64,000 bases of DNA from Rivularia sp. (in: cyanobacteria) (GTDB lineage: Bacteria > Cyanobacteriota > Cyanobacteriia > Cyanobacteriales > Nostocaceae), in assembly GCA_965234645.1 (NCBI GenBank), contig OZ248344.1:3485673-3549672 (forward strand). Direction: 5' to 3'. The notes below the pieces were generated by a model, which was not told the origin of the DNA, did not search any database, and saw only the letters and a program-made list of their open reading frames with translations. A program made the position numbers and the translations under genes. Shown here one piece after another: positions 42,434-52,391 of this stretch. Numbering within the stretch: the first letter of the stretch is position 1; every line of letters starts with the position of its first letter.

Positions 42434-43163
42434 AAAAAAACTGCTATGTTAATGTGTGTGAGAATTGGACATGACTAATCATGCCTTAAAAGCAACTGTT
42501 TTCCATGTTATCCCCAAAAAATAGCACTAACAACGCGCTTAGTTCCCAACTACTTTTGATTTTATTTATAAACGGCTTTTCTTAATTATTTCTTACAGTT
42601 GTTTCTTTAAAATACTCCCTAAGATATAGATAAAATATTGCACAAACAAGGTATTATACGATTCCCTATAAAATTTAAGGTTCCGATATTACCTGGTTCT
42701 TCATACCCAGTTTCACTACCCCTATCGGGTTTCTACTTCTTATAAAAAGCTGCCAAAGGAGATGCAAATATTTATCTTTTGGCAGTTTATTTAAGCAATG
42801 TAAATGTGTGTTAATTTACAAGTTTATAAATCAATATTTATATATTTTCAACAATCAATATTTCTAATGCTGACTTTAAAAAATTCTTATATATATTTTT
42901 TTAAAAAAGGATTTATTCTATATTCGATCGCCGTTGAGTAATAACAGCAAAAGTCCATATTTTTTTTACAATAAATTTTTTTAATCGCAGTGAAGACAGT
43001 ATGTGCCTACATGGTGTACGACGCACCGCGACAATACAAGAGCAACATAGCTTATGAATAATCCACACAAGAATTTTCCTCCCCCATACTTGATTAAGTA
43101 AAGTCTGGGGGAGTTGCGCCTACAGCTATATATTCTTATATATTAGAAATCACAAATACAAGC

Positions 43164-45470
43164 TTAATTTTTGGAAGTATTTCTTATATCCTGCCATTTT
43201 TGACGGAGACTGTTTAAATTTGGGTTGTTGCCCCCATAACGCCACGTAACATAAGCCTGAGAAATTTCTTCTATTACTTCAACAGTTTTTGGTGAATAAT
43301 GCCCCTGAGAAACCCGAGCATATTCTAAAGGTGTTTGCGCCGGATGTTTAATTAAACCTTTTTCACTAGTCCACTCAAGCATTTGTCGATAAAGTCTTTC
43401 CATCGGCTGCAATTTACCTAAAAATTGCCATTTTCGCCATTTTCGCCATTTATCCCAGCCCAGCCAACCGAATAAGGAAATTGCTGTTAATAAGGTTAAT
43501 CCGCTCAATATTCCGAAAATCCCTTGTGAGAATAAAGAGAAAAACCACGATATAAATCTTAAAATAGCGCTAAATATTTTCCCAAATACACCGTTGAGAA
43601 ATCCGGTAACAGGAGAGGGTAGCCAACCTGCAATCCAATTCCAAAATTGTTTTAAAACGGAAAAAGTTTGAGTTTCTTCTATTGAGGGGGGGATTAAAGG
43701 ATGATTGGGTATAGGATCGAAAGCAAACCAGCCATATTTCGGGAAGTAAACTTCGGTCATTGCGTAAGCGTCGGTGTTACGGACTACGTACATCCCTGTA
43801 AATGGATTAAAATCTCCGCTTGAAAACCCCGCTACCAACCGCGATGGAATACCGATAGAACGCAACATTACCGTTAGTACCGTAGAAAACTGGTCTGGTA
43901 ATCCTCCTTTGTTTTTAAATAAGAAAGCTTCTACCAAGTCTTCTTTCTCATCTAACAATGGTGCTTCAAAAAGATTTTGCGGTACCGTGTAGTTTTGTTT
44001 GAGATATTGAGCTATGTAAAGAGCTTTTTCATAAGGTGATGAAAGATTTTTCTGGGTTTTACCTACTCGTTGACGATTGTAATCGGCGAGAATTTCTTGG
44101 GTAAGCTGCTTTACTTTGTCGGCGATTTGGGGAGGTACCTGTAAGTAATAGTTTGTTATGCTATCCGGATACTTATTTGTAGTTTTCGCTAATAAAGTGC
44201 GATCGCGATAGGGAACTTCAGAAAGTACCGTATAAGTTAAACCTTTAGATAAACCTACTGGCGATCGCAAGCCACCTTCTGTATCCACGGCTATTATCGG
44301 TGTCGGAAAATAAATTTCTTTCGGATATGACATTGCTGGAATTAAGTTAGGTAATTCCGCCACAACCGTGTAAGTTTGTACTACTTCTTTGGTTTTACCA
44401 ATAATTAAAGGACGATCCAGAAAAGTTTGATAGGAAAAAGGCGAACGTTTAATACGCTTAACTTTGTCGTTGCGAGAAATTTCCCATCCGTTACCCGTAT
44501 AACGATCGAATGCCAAAACTCGCCAGAAACCGGACGCTTGAGAACGTACCCGCATTACTACTTTGGGTTTCATCTCTCCGCGTAAATTCTGGTTAATTTT
44601 GGTATTAAATCCGTAATAAAAGCTATCGTCTACTTTTTGGCGCTCGCCGGTTCCTCCTTTGGAAGTTCCGTCGCCATTGCTACCACTTTGACCGTTATTA
44701 TTACCAGAACGTACATAACCGGGGTTAACAATTTTTCGTCCGCTAAAATCGCCTTTTACGTCAATAGGCGAACTAACCGGAAATGTCCGCAAGCCATAAC
44801 CGGGAACTCTCGGTAAAACAGCGAAAATTGCTAATCCCAGACTTATTACGATTAAAAAATTAACAATTAAGAATTTTAAATTAAAAACCTTATTTTTTTT
44901 ATTATTTGATTTTGTTGTAACTGTTAACGGCTCTAAACCCAATCGCGAACGATAATCTAATACTAAAGTAGGTAAGGCAATAGCTAAAAAGAGCAGCAAC
45001 ACTGGTGCAAAAGCTAAAGTTTGACTCAGTGTTGCGGCTACACCTAATAAAATTAATCCGATTACAATCGAATACCCTAAATCTTTACGACGGGGCATAT
45101 CCAAACTATGCAGCACCTGAAGTTGAATCAGTAATTCTGCAAGCAAAAGTCTTGTATCATTCAGTTCACCGAGCAACCGCCCGAAAAAAGCACCCAGTGC
45201 TAATAACATTCCAATGGCGATACAGAACTTTACCCCTATATTGGGTTGGCGACGACGGTAATAGCTCCAAATTCCCCCCACCAAACTTAAAGGAACTGCC
45301 CAAATTTGGGTTGTCTCTGCGGCTATATCCGTCGCCACAATTCCTACGATTACTAAAGCACTAACTAGCACCCTTAAAGTAATTGAATCTTCTACTTCTA
45401 TCGGCGGCGAATTCTGAATTTTTTGCCGCCAGTACCCTATATGTAGACGCTCGCTGAACCTATTGTTCAT
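43164..45470 (-). CDS. Membrane transglutaminase-like protein (DUF3488/TgpA/DUF4129)
   Basis: N-terminal TM bundle, WRVLAFDRY, GIPSRLVAGF, DAYAMTEVYFP..FDP. The usual catalytic Cys and His positions read GLP and AYA, as in cyanobacterial homologs I recall. Confidence 0.82.
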   Translation of the reverse strand: MNNRFSERLHIGYWRQKIQNSPPIEVEDSITLRVLVSALVIVGIVATDIAAETTQIWAVPLSLVGGIWSYYRRRQPNIGVKFCIAIGMLLALGAFFGRLLGELNDTRLLLAELLIQLQVLHSLDMPRRKDLGYSIVIGLILLGVAATLSQTLAFAPVLLLFLAIALPTLVLDYRSRLGLEPLTVTTKSNNKKNKVFNLKFLIVNFLIVISLGLAIFAVLPRVPGYGLRTFPVSSPIDVKGDFSGRKIVNPGYVRSGNNNGQSGSNGDGTSKGGTGERQKVDDSFYYGFNTKINQNLRGEMKPKVVMRVRSQASGFWRVLAFDRYTGNGWEISRNDKVKRIKRSPFSYQTFLDRPLIIGKTKEVVQTYTVVAELPNLIPAMSYPKEIYFPTPIIAVDTEGGLRSPVGLSKGLTYTVLSEVPYRDRTLLAKTTNKYPDSITNYYLQVPPQIADKVKQLTQEILADYNRQRVGKTQKNLSSPYEKALYIAQYLKQNYTVPQNLFEAPLLDEKEDLVEAFLFKNKGGLPDQFSTVLTVMLRSIGIPSRLVAGFSSGDFNPFTGMYVVRNTDAYAMTEVYFPKYGWFAFDPIPNHPLIPPSIEETQTFSVLKQFWNWIAGWLPSPVTGFLNGVFGKIFSAILRFISWFFSLFSQGIFGILSGLTLLTAISLFGWLGWDKWRKWRKWQFLGKLQPMERLYRQMLEWTSEKGLIKHPAQTPLEYARVSQGHYSPKTVEVIEEISQAYVTWRYGGNNPNLNSLRQKWQDIRNTSKN

Positions 45471-45713
45471 CCCTAAAAATTTCAAATCCTTAATTACCCC
45501 GCCCAAATCATCTTTTATTTGCACGCACCGCCACTTTAACTCATGGAAAAACAATTCCTATGAATTTTGGCGTATTTATTAGAGCAACTGTAGACGCTGG
45601 GGGCTATCTGCTTATTAAATTAAGGTCGATCGCTACTACCCCTAAACATGAATATCAACCGACAAAAACCTATTAACGGTACCCAACCGCTGACGGCTCC
45701 TGAAAGCCATAAC

Positions 45714-46694
45714 TTAGCTAAGTTCAGACGAATTTGTCGGAACGATCGCAAATGTGAGCGGTTGAGTATCCATATCTTCTAACTCAACTGCCAATTTATA
45801 AGTTGCCCCTTCTTGAACTGAGTTTAGCTCTAAACTTACAATTCCCTGACTATCCGATTCTGCAACTACTTGCAAATTTTCTTCACCAAGTTTCAACTTC
45901 CCTTGGAGAGGTAATTGAGCTTCAACCCGCAGCTTCCGTGCCCCAGTATCGTATTCTACTTTTAGAGTTACGGTACCTACATTCGTTAGCCACTGCTTTT
46001 CGACTACCATATGGGCATCAACAGATATAGTCAGATTTTCTAGCAACTGTTTCGCAGCCAACAATGATAATGCCATTTGTTGACGCGGTTGCAAATCTGA
46101 GTAACTGCCTTCTACAGAGGGCATTCTTTCTAAAGTATCGGCAGAACGATATGGACTTCTTAACACCATTCCGGCTAAGTCATTAAGTGTCTGCGGTTCG
46201 TTAGGGAATAAACTTTCCACCACCCCAACAAGTTTCGCTCCCAATGGCACGGGAAATGCGAGCAATTCTTGACACCTTGTCAACAATTGCTGAAAAACTT
46301 TCTCCGGCATCAGAATTGGCAAACTCAGTTTAGACTGTTGTGCCGCCCATCCCCAGGCAGGAACCCAAGACATAGATGGATTGTCTATATAATCGGGATA
46401 ATCTATTAATTGTGTTTCCCAAGGGAACAACGGAGGATTATCTTGAACTTGATTTTGTAACCGACGTTTGAGAACGGCTTGAAAACGTGTTTGCACAGCA
46501 GGAATTTCTCCCATTTGGAAAGGATAGGGCATCGAATCCGACTCAGAAGCACCGCTTATGGAAGCGGTGTTATCGTCGATTTGTGCCCCGTTAATTTCCT
46601 CACTTTCGACCAAAAAATCCTCCTCGGTTGAAGCATCATCTGCTAACAACCAAGCGAGTAATTGGTTTTGTAAGGATTCTGTGTCACTATTCAT
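45714..46694 (-). CDS. patU: PatU, single unsplit ORF
   Basis: Overlaps hetZ 3' end; GEIPAVQTRFQAVLKRRL, PPLFPWE, QQMALSLLAA. Confidence 0.75.
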   Translation of the reverse strand: MNSDTESLQNQLLAWLLADDASTEEDFLVESEEINGAQIDDNTASISGASESDSMPYPFQMGEIPAVQTRFQAVLKRRLQNQVQDNPPLFPWETQLIDYPDYIDNPSMSWVPAWGWAAQQSKLSLPILMPEKVFQQLLTRCQELLAFPVPLGAKLVGVVESLFPNEPQTLNDLAGMVLRSPYRSADTLERMPSVEGSYSDLQPRQQMALSLLAAKQLLENLTISVDAHMVVEKQWLTNVGTVTLKVEYDTGARKLRVEAQLPLQGKLKLGEENLQVVAESDSQGIVSLELNSVQEGATYKLAVELEDMDTQPLTFAIVPTNSSELS

Positions 46695-47877
46695 GAGTAG
46701 ATGCACTTGATCCGGACATAAAAGAGTTACGAATTTCCCAAGCTTGTTCGAGAATTTTGAACCATCTTTTTTGCAGTTGCGCCATAGATAGTCCTAAAGT
46801 TTTGGCAATATAAACATCAGCTTGACCTTGTTGTTTTAGTTCTAATAAACAACGTTGTTTATCGTCAAGTTGTTCTATATAAACTTGCCATTGGTATTCC
46901 GTCAAACCTAAATTGGTATGCAAGTCGGCTTCCAACCATTCATGAACCAATTCCCAGCGGTGCAGCAAGGCGAATCGAATCAGATGATATTTGAAACGTT
47001 GCTGCAAGTAATCTCTCTGACGGGGAGTTAAACCTAAAATTGACTCAATTTCTTGAGCAGATAAATCTTTTAGGCGTAGGGCAAAGTAATCGGCGCAGTC
47101 GCTTTGTTGGCGTTCCTCAAGATAACTTATCAGCTCGTTAATGACTACAGAACGCAACGTCTCCTCTGTTGGTTCCGGATCGCTTTGAGATGCCATTGCC
47201 GATCTTAATTGCTGTACGGCTGGATCTTGCCAAGAACCATCACCGTCATTGCTGCTACCTTCTGCGGCTCTTTCTATATCAACGCAGGTTTCTGGAGGTT
47301 GCTGTTGAGAAAAAGTTTGTGCCCGCAGGATAATCAGCTGCTGCTGTCTTCCTGGTAAAGGAATGCGTCTTTTTGCATAGCGTTCTGTAAACGCCATGTA
47401 CTCTGCTAATTCCAGAAGAGTCTGGGGACGATAAGTTGGTTCAAGCTTATTTTCTCTTCGGCAAGCATTTAATGCTTCCAAATAAAAATTTTGCAGAAAA
47501 TCCTCAATTACACCCAACCGCCCTTGATAACTCAGTTGTTTATTTGGCGGATTAATGTAACGATAAATAATTGCGCTGAGAGTGCTGTGTAGCTCTATTC
47601 TGCCTCGATTTGAACCAAATTGGTAGTATCTCATACACTGAGATAGCCGGTGTCGGGCTAAGGCGATCGCCGAACCTTTGATGTCTCCAGAAGCTTGGAT
47701 ACGTTTGCTCTCATGGCAAATCCGGAGGACTTCGGCAGCGATTCGTGTTGCCACTTCATGGCAATTAGCTTCCGTTGCTTTGGTTGAGGATTTAAGTTCT
47801 CCAAATAGGAGTTGAAATATCGCCTCCACGCCGATAGACTTTTCTCCCTGAATAGTTGTGGTCGCGGCTGATTTCAT
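46687..47877 (-). CDS. hetZ: Heterocyst differentiation protein HetZ
   Basis: 396 aa. RIAAEVLRIC..SKRIQ, GRIELHSTL, IEDFLQNFY, LAEYMAFTERYAKRRI, RQRDYLQQRFKYH; synteny with sds, murI, amiC. Confidence 0.85.
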   Translation of the reverse strand: MKSAATTTIQGEKSIGVEAIFQLLFGELKSSTKATEANCHEVATRIAAEVLRICHESKRIQASGDIKGSAIALARHRLSQCMRYYQFGSNRGRIELHSTLSAIIYRYINPPNKQLSYQGRLGVIEDFLQNFYLEALNACRRENKLEPTYRPQTLLELAEYMAFTERYAKRRIPLPGRQQQLIILRAQTFSQQQPPETCVDIERAAEGSSNDGDGSWQDPAVQQLRSAMASQSDPEPTEETLRSVVINELISYLEERQQSDCADYFALRLKDLSAQEIESILGLTPRQRDYLQQRFKYHLIRFALLHRWELVHEWLEADLHTNLGLTEYQWQVYIEQLDDKQRCLLELKQQGQADVYIAKTLGLSMAQLQKRWFKILEQAWEIRNSFMSGSSASTHE

Positions 47878-48086
47878 AGTCTAGCTGTTTAAAAGACCTT
47901 AACATACAAACGTGTGCAACCTATATGTGGGGATATTGGTCAGTTCTTGATTGCGTTTCAAGGCAATCATAAGCACCGATTATCCTACCGCCATCAATTG
48001 GACTGAATATATTATTCCCAAATTAAAGGAAGTTTTTTCGCTTTTCATAGAAGTTATAGCTAATGCCCACCTATTAACTCTTAATT

Positions 48087-48560
48087 ATGGATTTACAAGT
48101 ACAAATTCAATCTTTGATTAACAATGCACCCCAAGATGGTATTACACCTCAACTGGTTGCGGCAATTGCTCCGGCACTTATTCAAATTGCTCAAAAATTA
48201 CGTTTTCCCCAATACTACATACTCCAAAACTCCGAGTATGACTGGGTTTTAACAACATTGAGCAATCGTACTAATCCGCAATTACAAAAACAGGTAATCT
48301 ACGCTTACCCCACGTTACAAGATGTCAGTACTACCTCTGGTGTTGGGTTTGACCCTCAAATGATAGCTGCACCAATCGGAGTTATTGAAATTTTGTTCCA
48401 GATGGTAGCGCTAGAACCCGTAGATAGTATAATTTTTTTCGATACTCCTGGCACTACAGTTAACGCAGTTGAAATTGAGCGAAAGCTCTTACAAAGTATT
48501 ATTGAACGGACGCTACAACAAAATCGTCCCAGCCCTAATATTCCTCCGGATATCGCTTAA
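48087..48560 (+). CDS. Conserved hypothetical protein divergent from hetZ
   Basis: 157-aa open frame with ATG; function not recognised. Confidence 0.75.
   Translation: MDLQVQIQSLINNAPQDGITPQLVAAIAPALIQIAQKLRFPQYYILQNSEYDWVLTTLSNRTNPQLQKQVIYAYPTLQDVSTTSGVGFDPQMIAAPIGVIEILFQMVALEPVDSIIFFDTPGTTVNAVEIERKLLQSIIERTLQQNRPSPNIPPDIA
48342..48361 (-). promoter_or_regulatory. HetR-box match upstream of hetZ
   Basis: Minus strand ATTTGAGGGTCAAACCCAAC; GGG-N5-CCC core at 48345-48355, about 470 nt upstream of hetZ ATG. Confidence 0.72.
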
Positions 48561-48698
48561 ATAATTTAGAGGTTACGCGCTATAAAGTTAAAACATATAC
48601 CTATTTATATTGCAAAAATATGCTTTTAGGTAGAAGTTATAAGTTAAGGATTTATTACAAATCAATAACTGATAACTACTTTTTCATCCCGCAAACTT

Positions 48699-49670
48699 TT
48701 AATTAAGACGACTCAGCACATAATCAGCCATATCAATCAAAGCTTGGCGAGTTGGAGAAGATGGTAATTGTCCCATATGCTCTACTGCAAGTTTGGCATG
48801 ATTTGCGGCTAAATCGCGGGAACGTTGAATTCCTTTACTATCTTCTATTAGTGCAAGTGCTTGCTCTAAATCTCCAGGCTGTGTAAATTCTCTTTCAATT
48901 AATGCTTCAAGAGTTGGTTTTTCTTCTAAAGCATATAAAACTGGGGCTGTAAGATTCCCACTTTTAAGATCCGAACCAGCAGGTTTACCCAATTTATCTG
49001 TAGAACTGGTGAAATCGAAAATATCATCAACTATTTGGAAGGCTAATCCCAGATTACGCCCATATTCATACAAATTTTCGGCTGTCTCCTCAGAAACTCC
49101 GCTGAGTATTCCAGCAGCTTTAGAACTGTTCGCAAACAGTGTAGCGGTTTTATAGTAAGTTTTTTGCAGATAAGTATCCATCGAAATATCAGCATCAAAA
49201 CGATTCACCGCTTGCTGAATCTCCCCAGTAGCCAAGTCCATAATTACCTGTGAAAGCAATTTCACAACATCCAAATTATCTAAATTGGCTAAATACCAAG
49301 AAGCTTGAGCAAACAAAAAATCTCCGGCTAATATTGCTATTCGATTGCCGAATAAACTATGAACTGTATCAACGCCGCGTCTTTTTTCTGATTCATCCAC
49401 TACATCATCATGCACTAAAGAAGCAGTGTGAATCATTTCTGTAATTTCAGCTAATCGTCGATGACGGGGCGTAATATCCGACTGCAATAATGTTGCTCGC
49501 GATACAAGTAAGACAATTGCAGGTCTAATACGCTTTCCCCCAGCTCCGAAGAGATGTTCTGCGGCTAGACTGAGGATGGGGTGGTCATTTCCAACTAACT
49601 GTTTGAGGTTATCTGCCAATATATGCAGGTCTGCTTCCACAGGGGAAAACAAGGAGGTGGCTGAGGTCAT
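48699..49670 (-). CDS. sds: Solanesyl diphosphate synthase
   Basis: GGKRIRP, HTASLVHDDVVD, AFQIVDDIFD. Confidence 0.93.
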   Translation of the reverse strand: MTSATSLFSPVEADLHILADNLKQLVGNDHPILSLAAEHLFGAGGKRIRPAIVLLVSRATLLQSDITPRHRRLAEITEMIHTASLVHDDVVDESEKRRGVDTVHSLFGNRIAILAGDFLFAQASWYLANLDNLDVVKLLSQVIMDLATGEIQQAVNRFDADISMDTYLQKTYYKTATLFANSSKAAGILSGVSEETAENLYEYGRNLGLAFQIVDDIFDFTSSTDKLGKPAGSDLKSGNLTAPVLYALEEKPTLEALIEREFTQPGDLEQALALIEDSKGIQRSRDLAANHAKLAVEHMGQLPSSPTRQALIDMADYVLSRLN

Positions 49671-50752
49671 GAATGGGCGGACTCTGACTTTAGTTACGAA
49701 AGTTTACATATCCTATACCCATTCTAAGATAAGCCCGTGCCTTTTCTCAAAGCATTCTATAAATGTTCTAATTGATATAAAGTCGATCGTCCGCTTGATA
49801 TGTAACTATATATTTTTAATTCAAGATTAAGTTCATATCGAATCCCTGCCAGATATAAATTTTACTTTGACAGCAATTTTGACTAGTTCATATTTCTTAA
49901 TCTACAATCGGGGATTGAAAAAATATTTGCTGAAAAAACTGCTCCATAAATTATACCAGTATGCGTCTAAGTGTAGTTACCAGCATATACTATTCATTTC
50001 ATACGATGAAAATATTTAGATTTTGATCAATATTACAGATAATAGCTCTTATTAACAAAAATTTAATAATTTAGTATATATCTCCAGGTATCTTTAAGAA
50101 CAGAGCTAAAACTGTGCTGATTCTTTATATATCACCGCCCTACACTATCGAGGCACGGGGAGAATAAGTAAATCAATAATAATATCTTAGAAATTTGAAA
50201 TTAAACAATAAAATACCTCAAAAGTAAGAATTCCTATGTTATTCTTATATATAGGGATTTCAAATACTTAGAATATTCACTCAGAAAAAGTAAGTCGCTT
50301 TTATTCGCGTTTATGCTTTACTGACGCAAGTGGGTTGAAATAAGTCGTAGGTGAAACCAAGGGGATTATTTATGTTCGTAGTTCACGAACGAATAAGTTC
50401 CCCAATCATAACTACGTGCTGTCCGAAAGGAATATATTGGCATATCTTGAGGAACCATTTTAGGGAACCCAAGGTTTAGCTTCTGTATAGAAAGAGGAAG
50501 CACTGCATAACGCAGTTGGAATGCAGGCTAGGTAGATTGCATGGTAGCAATTTGTTTATTGTTATTGGCATAGTCTGTAAAAACTAATTACGTATAGGTA
50601 CGTTGGAGAGTATTAATACTCTGCCGTAATTTTTGGATTACGAAAAAGCTGTAGCAAAAAGCTATGTAGCTTATATTTTGATATTTGTATGCGATTTATT
50701 ATTCGCTATACAAATTTGAATGTGATTGAAGATAAAACTTGTCCGGGGAAGT

Positions 50753-50914
50753 ATGCTTATGATGGTATTTATTTTAGCTTCTGGTTATTTGTTCGCCGTA
50801 TACGTGTTATTAGCGTTAGCAAAAAGAACAATTAAAAAAACTGCGGTAACAGCAGTTCAACGGTATGGTGAAGGAGATTATTCTTCTGAGATGTCTATAA
50901 ACATCGCTGAGTGA
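50753..50914 (+). CDS. Small membrane protein (53 aa)
   Basis: MLMMVFILASGYLFAVYVLLALAKR: one TM then a basic stretch; followed by a terminator. Confidence 0.55.
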   Translation: MLMMVFILASGYLFAVYVLLALAKRTIKKTAVTAVQRYGEGDYSSEMSINIAE

Positions 50915-50987
50915 AGCCTGCGCCGCGCCCTTTAAGGGTTTGTAAAAGTGATATTTAAGACTATAGAACAGATCGGAATGTTTTTTG

Positions 50988-51022
50988 CAATACAGCACAT
51001 CATAATATGGTGTGCTGTATTG
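50988..51022. terminator. Bidirectional terminator hairpin
   Basis: Perfect 12-bp stem CAATACAGCACA/TGTGCTGTATTG between the small ORF and murI. Confidence 0.65.
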
Positions 51023-51140
51023 TATTGAATTTGATTGTTTTCTCTATTAAACCTTTCCGGAAATGAAAATCAACTGTATACAAAACGTAACCCAAGCGGA
51101 GTTCCGGCTTAATTTTCCTTGTTCCTTTGACGGTTTGTAT

Positions 51141-52037
51141 TTAATAGCTAATTATGCCACCACGATCGAGCTTCAAATGGTTAAAATTTAGATGCTCCAA
51201 GTTTACCGATTCAACTGTTGGAGTACAGCCCAGCCATTGTACTGAAGACATTTCAAATTGTTGCGGACTTCCGCTCACAGCAAACCGAGTTGGTAAAGGT
51301 GGGTGAGTATTTTTTAAGTTTAGTAAATCCAACTCTTGGGTACAAGCTTCAACAACACTCTTTCCTGGATCTACTAAAACTACCGATTCACCAACCAGCG
51401 ATCGCAATAATGTTGCCAGGTGAGGATAATGAGTACAGCCGTAGACTAAAGTATCAATTTCTTGTTTTAATAAAGGTTCGAGGTAAGAACGTGCTACTTC
51501 TTTGGTGTATGGATCGTCGGTGCGGTTTTGTTCGATAAGAGGAACAAACTCCGGACAACCAACTTGCCAGACTTTGGCATTGCTGTTAATTTCTTGGATA
51601 GCAAGTTTGTAGGCGTTGCTTTTGGCTGTTGCTGGGGTAGCAATTACGCCGATACGCTTTCCGGCTTTTACTGCTGAAACCGCGCCTGGTAGAATAAGTC
51701 CAAGTATAGGTACTTTGAATTCAGAACGTACAGTTTCTAATGCTAAAGCAGAACTGGTGCTGCAAGCCATAATTACCATTTTTACCCCTTGATTTTCCAT
51801 CCAGAAAATAATTTCACGGGTAAACTGAATAATTTCAGCTTGGGAACGAATGCCGTAAGGTAATCTAGCTGTATCGCCAAAGTAAACGATCGATTCGTTG
51901 GGAAGTTGTTCGTAAAGTTGGCGCAATACCGTTAAACCACCCACACCACTATCAAAGATGCCTATAGGGGCACGTTGAGGTTCTTGAGATGATAGGTAAA
52001 GATTGCCTTCAAAGTTAGAAGATGAAAACACAGGCAA
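51141..52037 (-). CDS. murI: Glutamate racemase
   Basis: GIFDSGVGGL, YFGDTARLPYG, MACSTSS, GCTHYP; start may be GTG 52031. Confidence 0.96.
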   Translation of the reverse strand: MPVFSSSNFEGNLYLSSQEPQRAPIGIFDSGVGGLTVLRQLYEQLPNESIVYFGDTARLPYGIRSQAEIIQFTREIIFWMENQGVKMVIMACSTSSALALETVRSEFKVPILGLILPGAVSAVKAGKRIGVIATPATAKSNAYKLAIQEINSNAKVWQVGCPEFVPLIEQNRTDDPYTKEVARSYLEPLLKQEIDTLVYGCTHYPHLATLLRSLVGESVVLVDPGKSVVEACTQELDLLNLKNTHPPLPTRFAVSGSPQQFEMSSVQWLGCTPTVESVNLEHLNFNHLKLDRGGIISY

Positions 52038-52391
52038 ATTTTGATAATATATTTTGAATTTTGGACGGTGGATTTAGAAAAAGCTTCAACGTTTAAACTG
52101 CTAAATCCGATATGAAAGAGAATTTTACATCCTAATCTCACTTCTGAAATTTTTACTATATTTTTTACTTAAACGTAGGTACGCCCCGATACCATTAAGT
52201 ATGTAAGACATTTTAGATGTGAAAACGATACATTTATTGTACTGATGTCCCGATTAAATTTTAGAAAATTGAGAATCAGAATTTTTTTATGAAAAAATAG
52301 CCATCTCTAAGTAAATATACGATGAGAAAGCTATTCCTATTATTTAATTTTGATAAATCAATTAGCTGTTGTTTAAGCTTAAAACTAAAAT

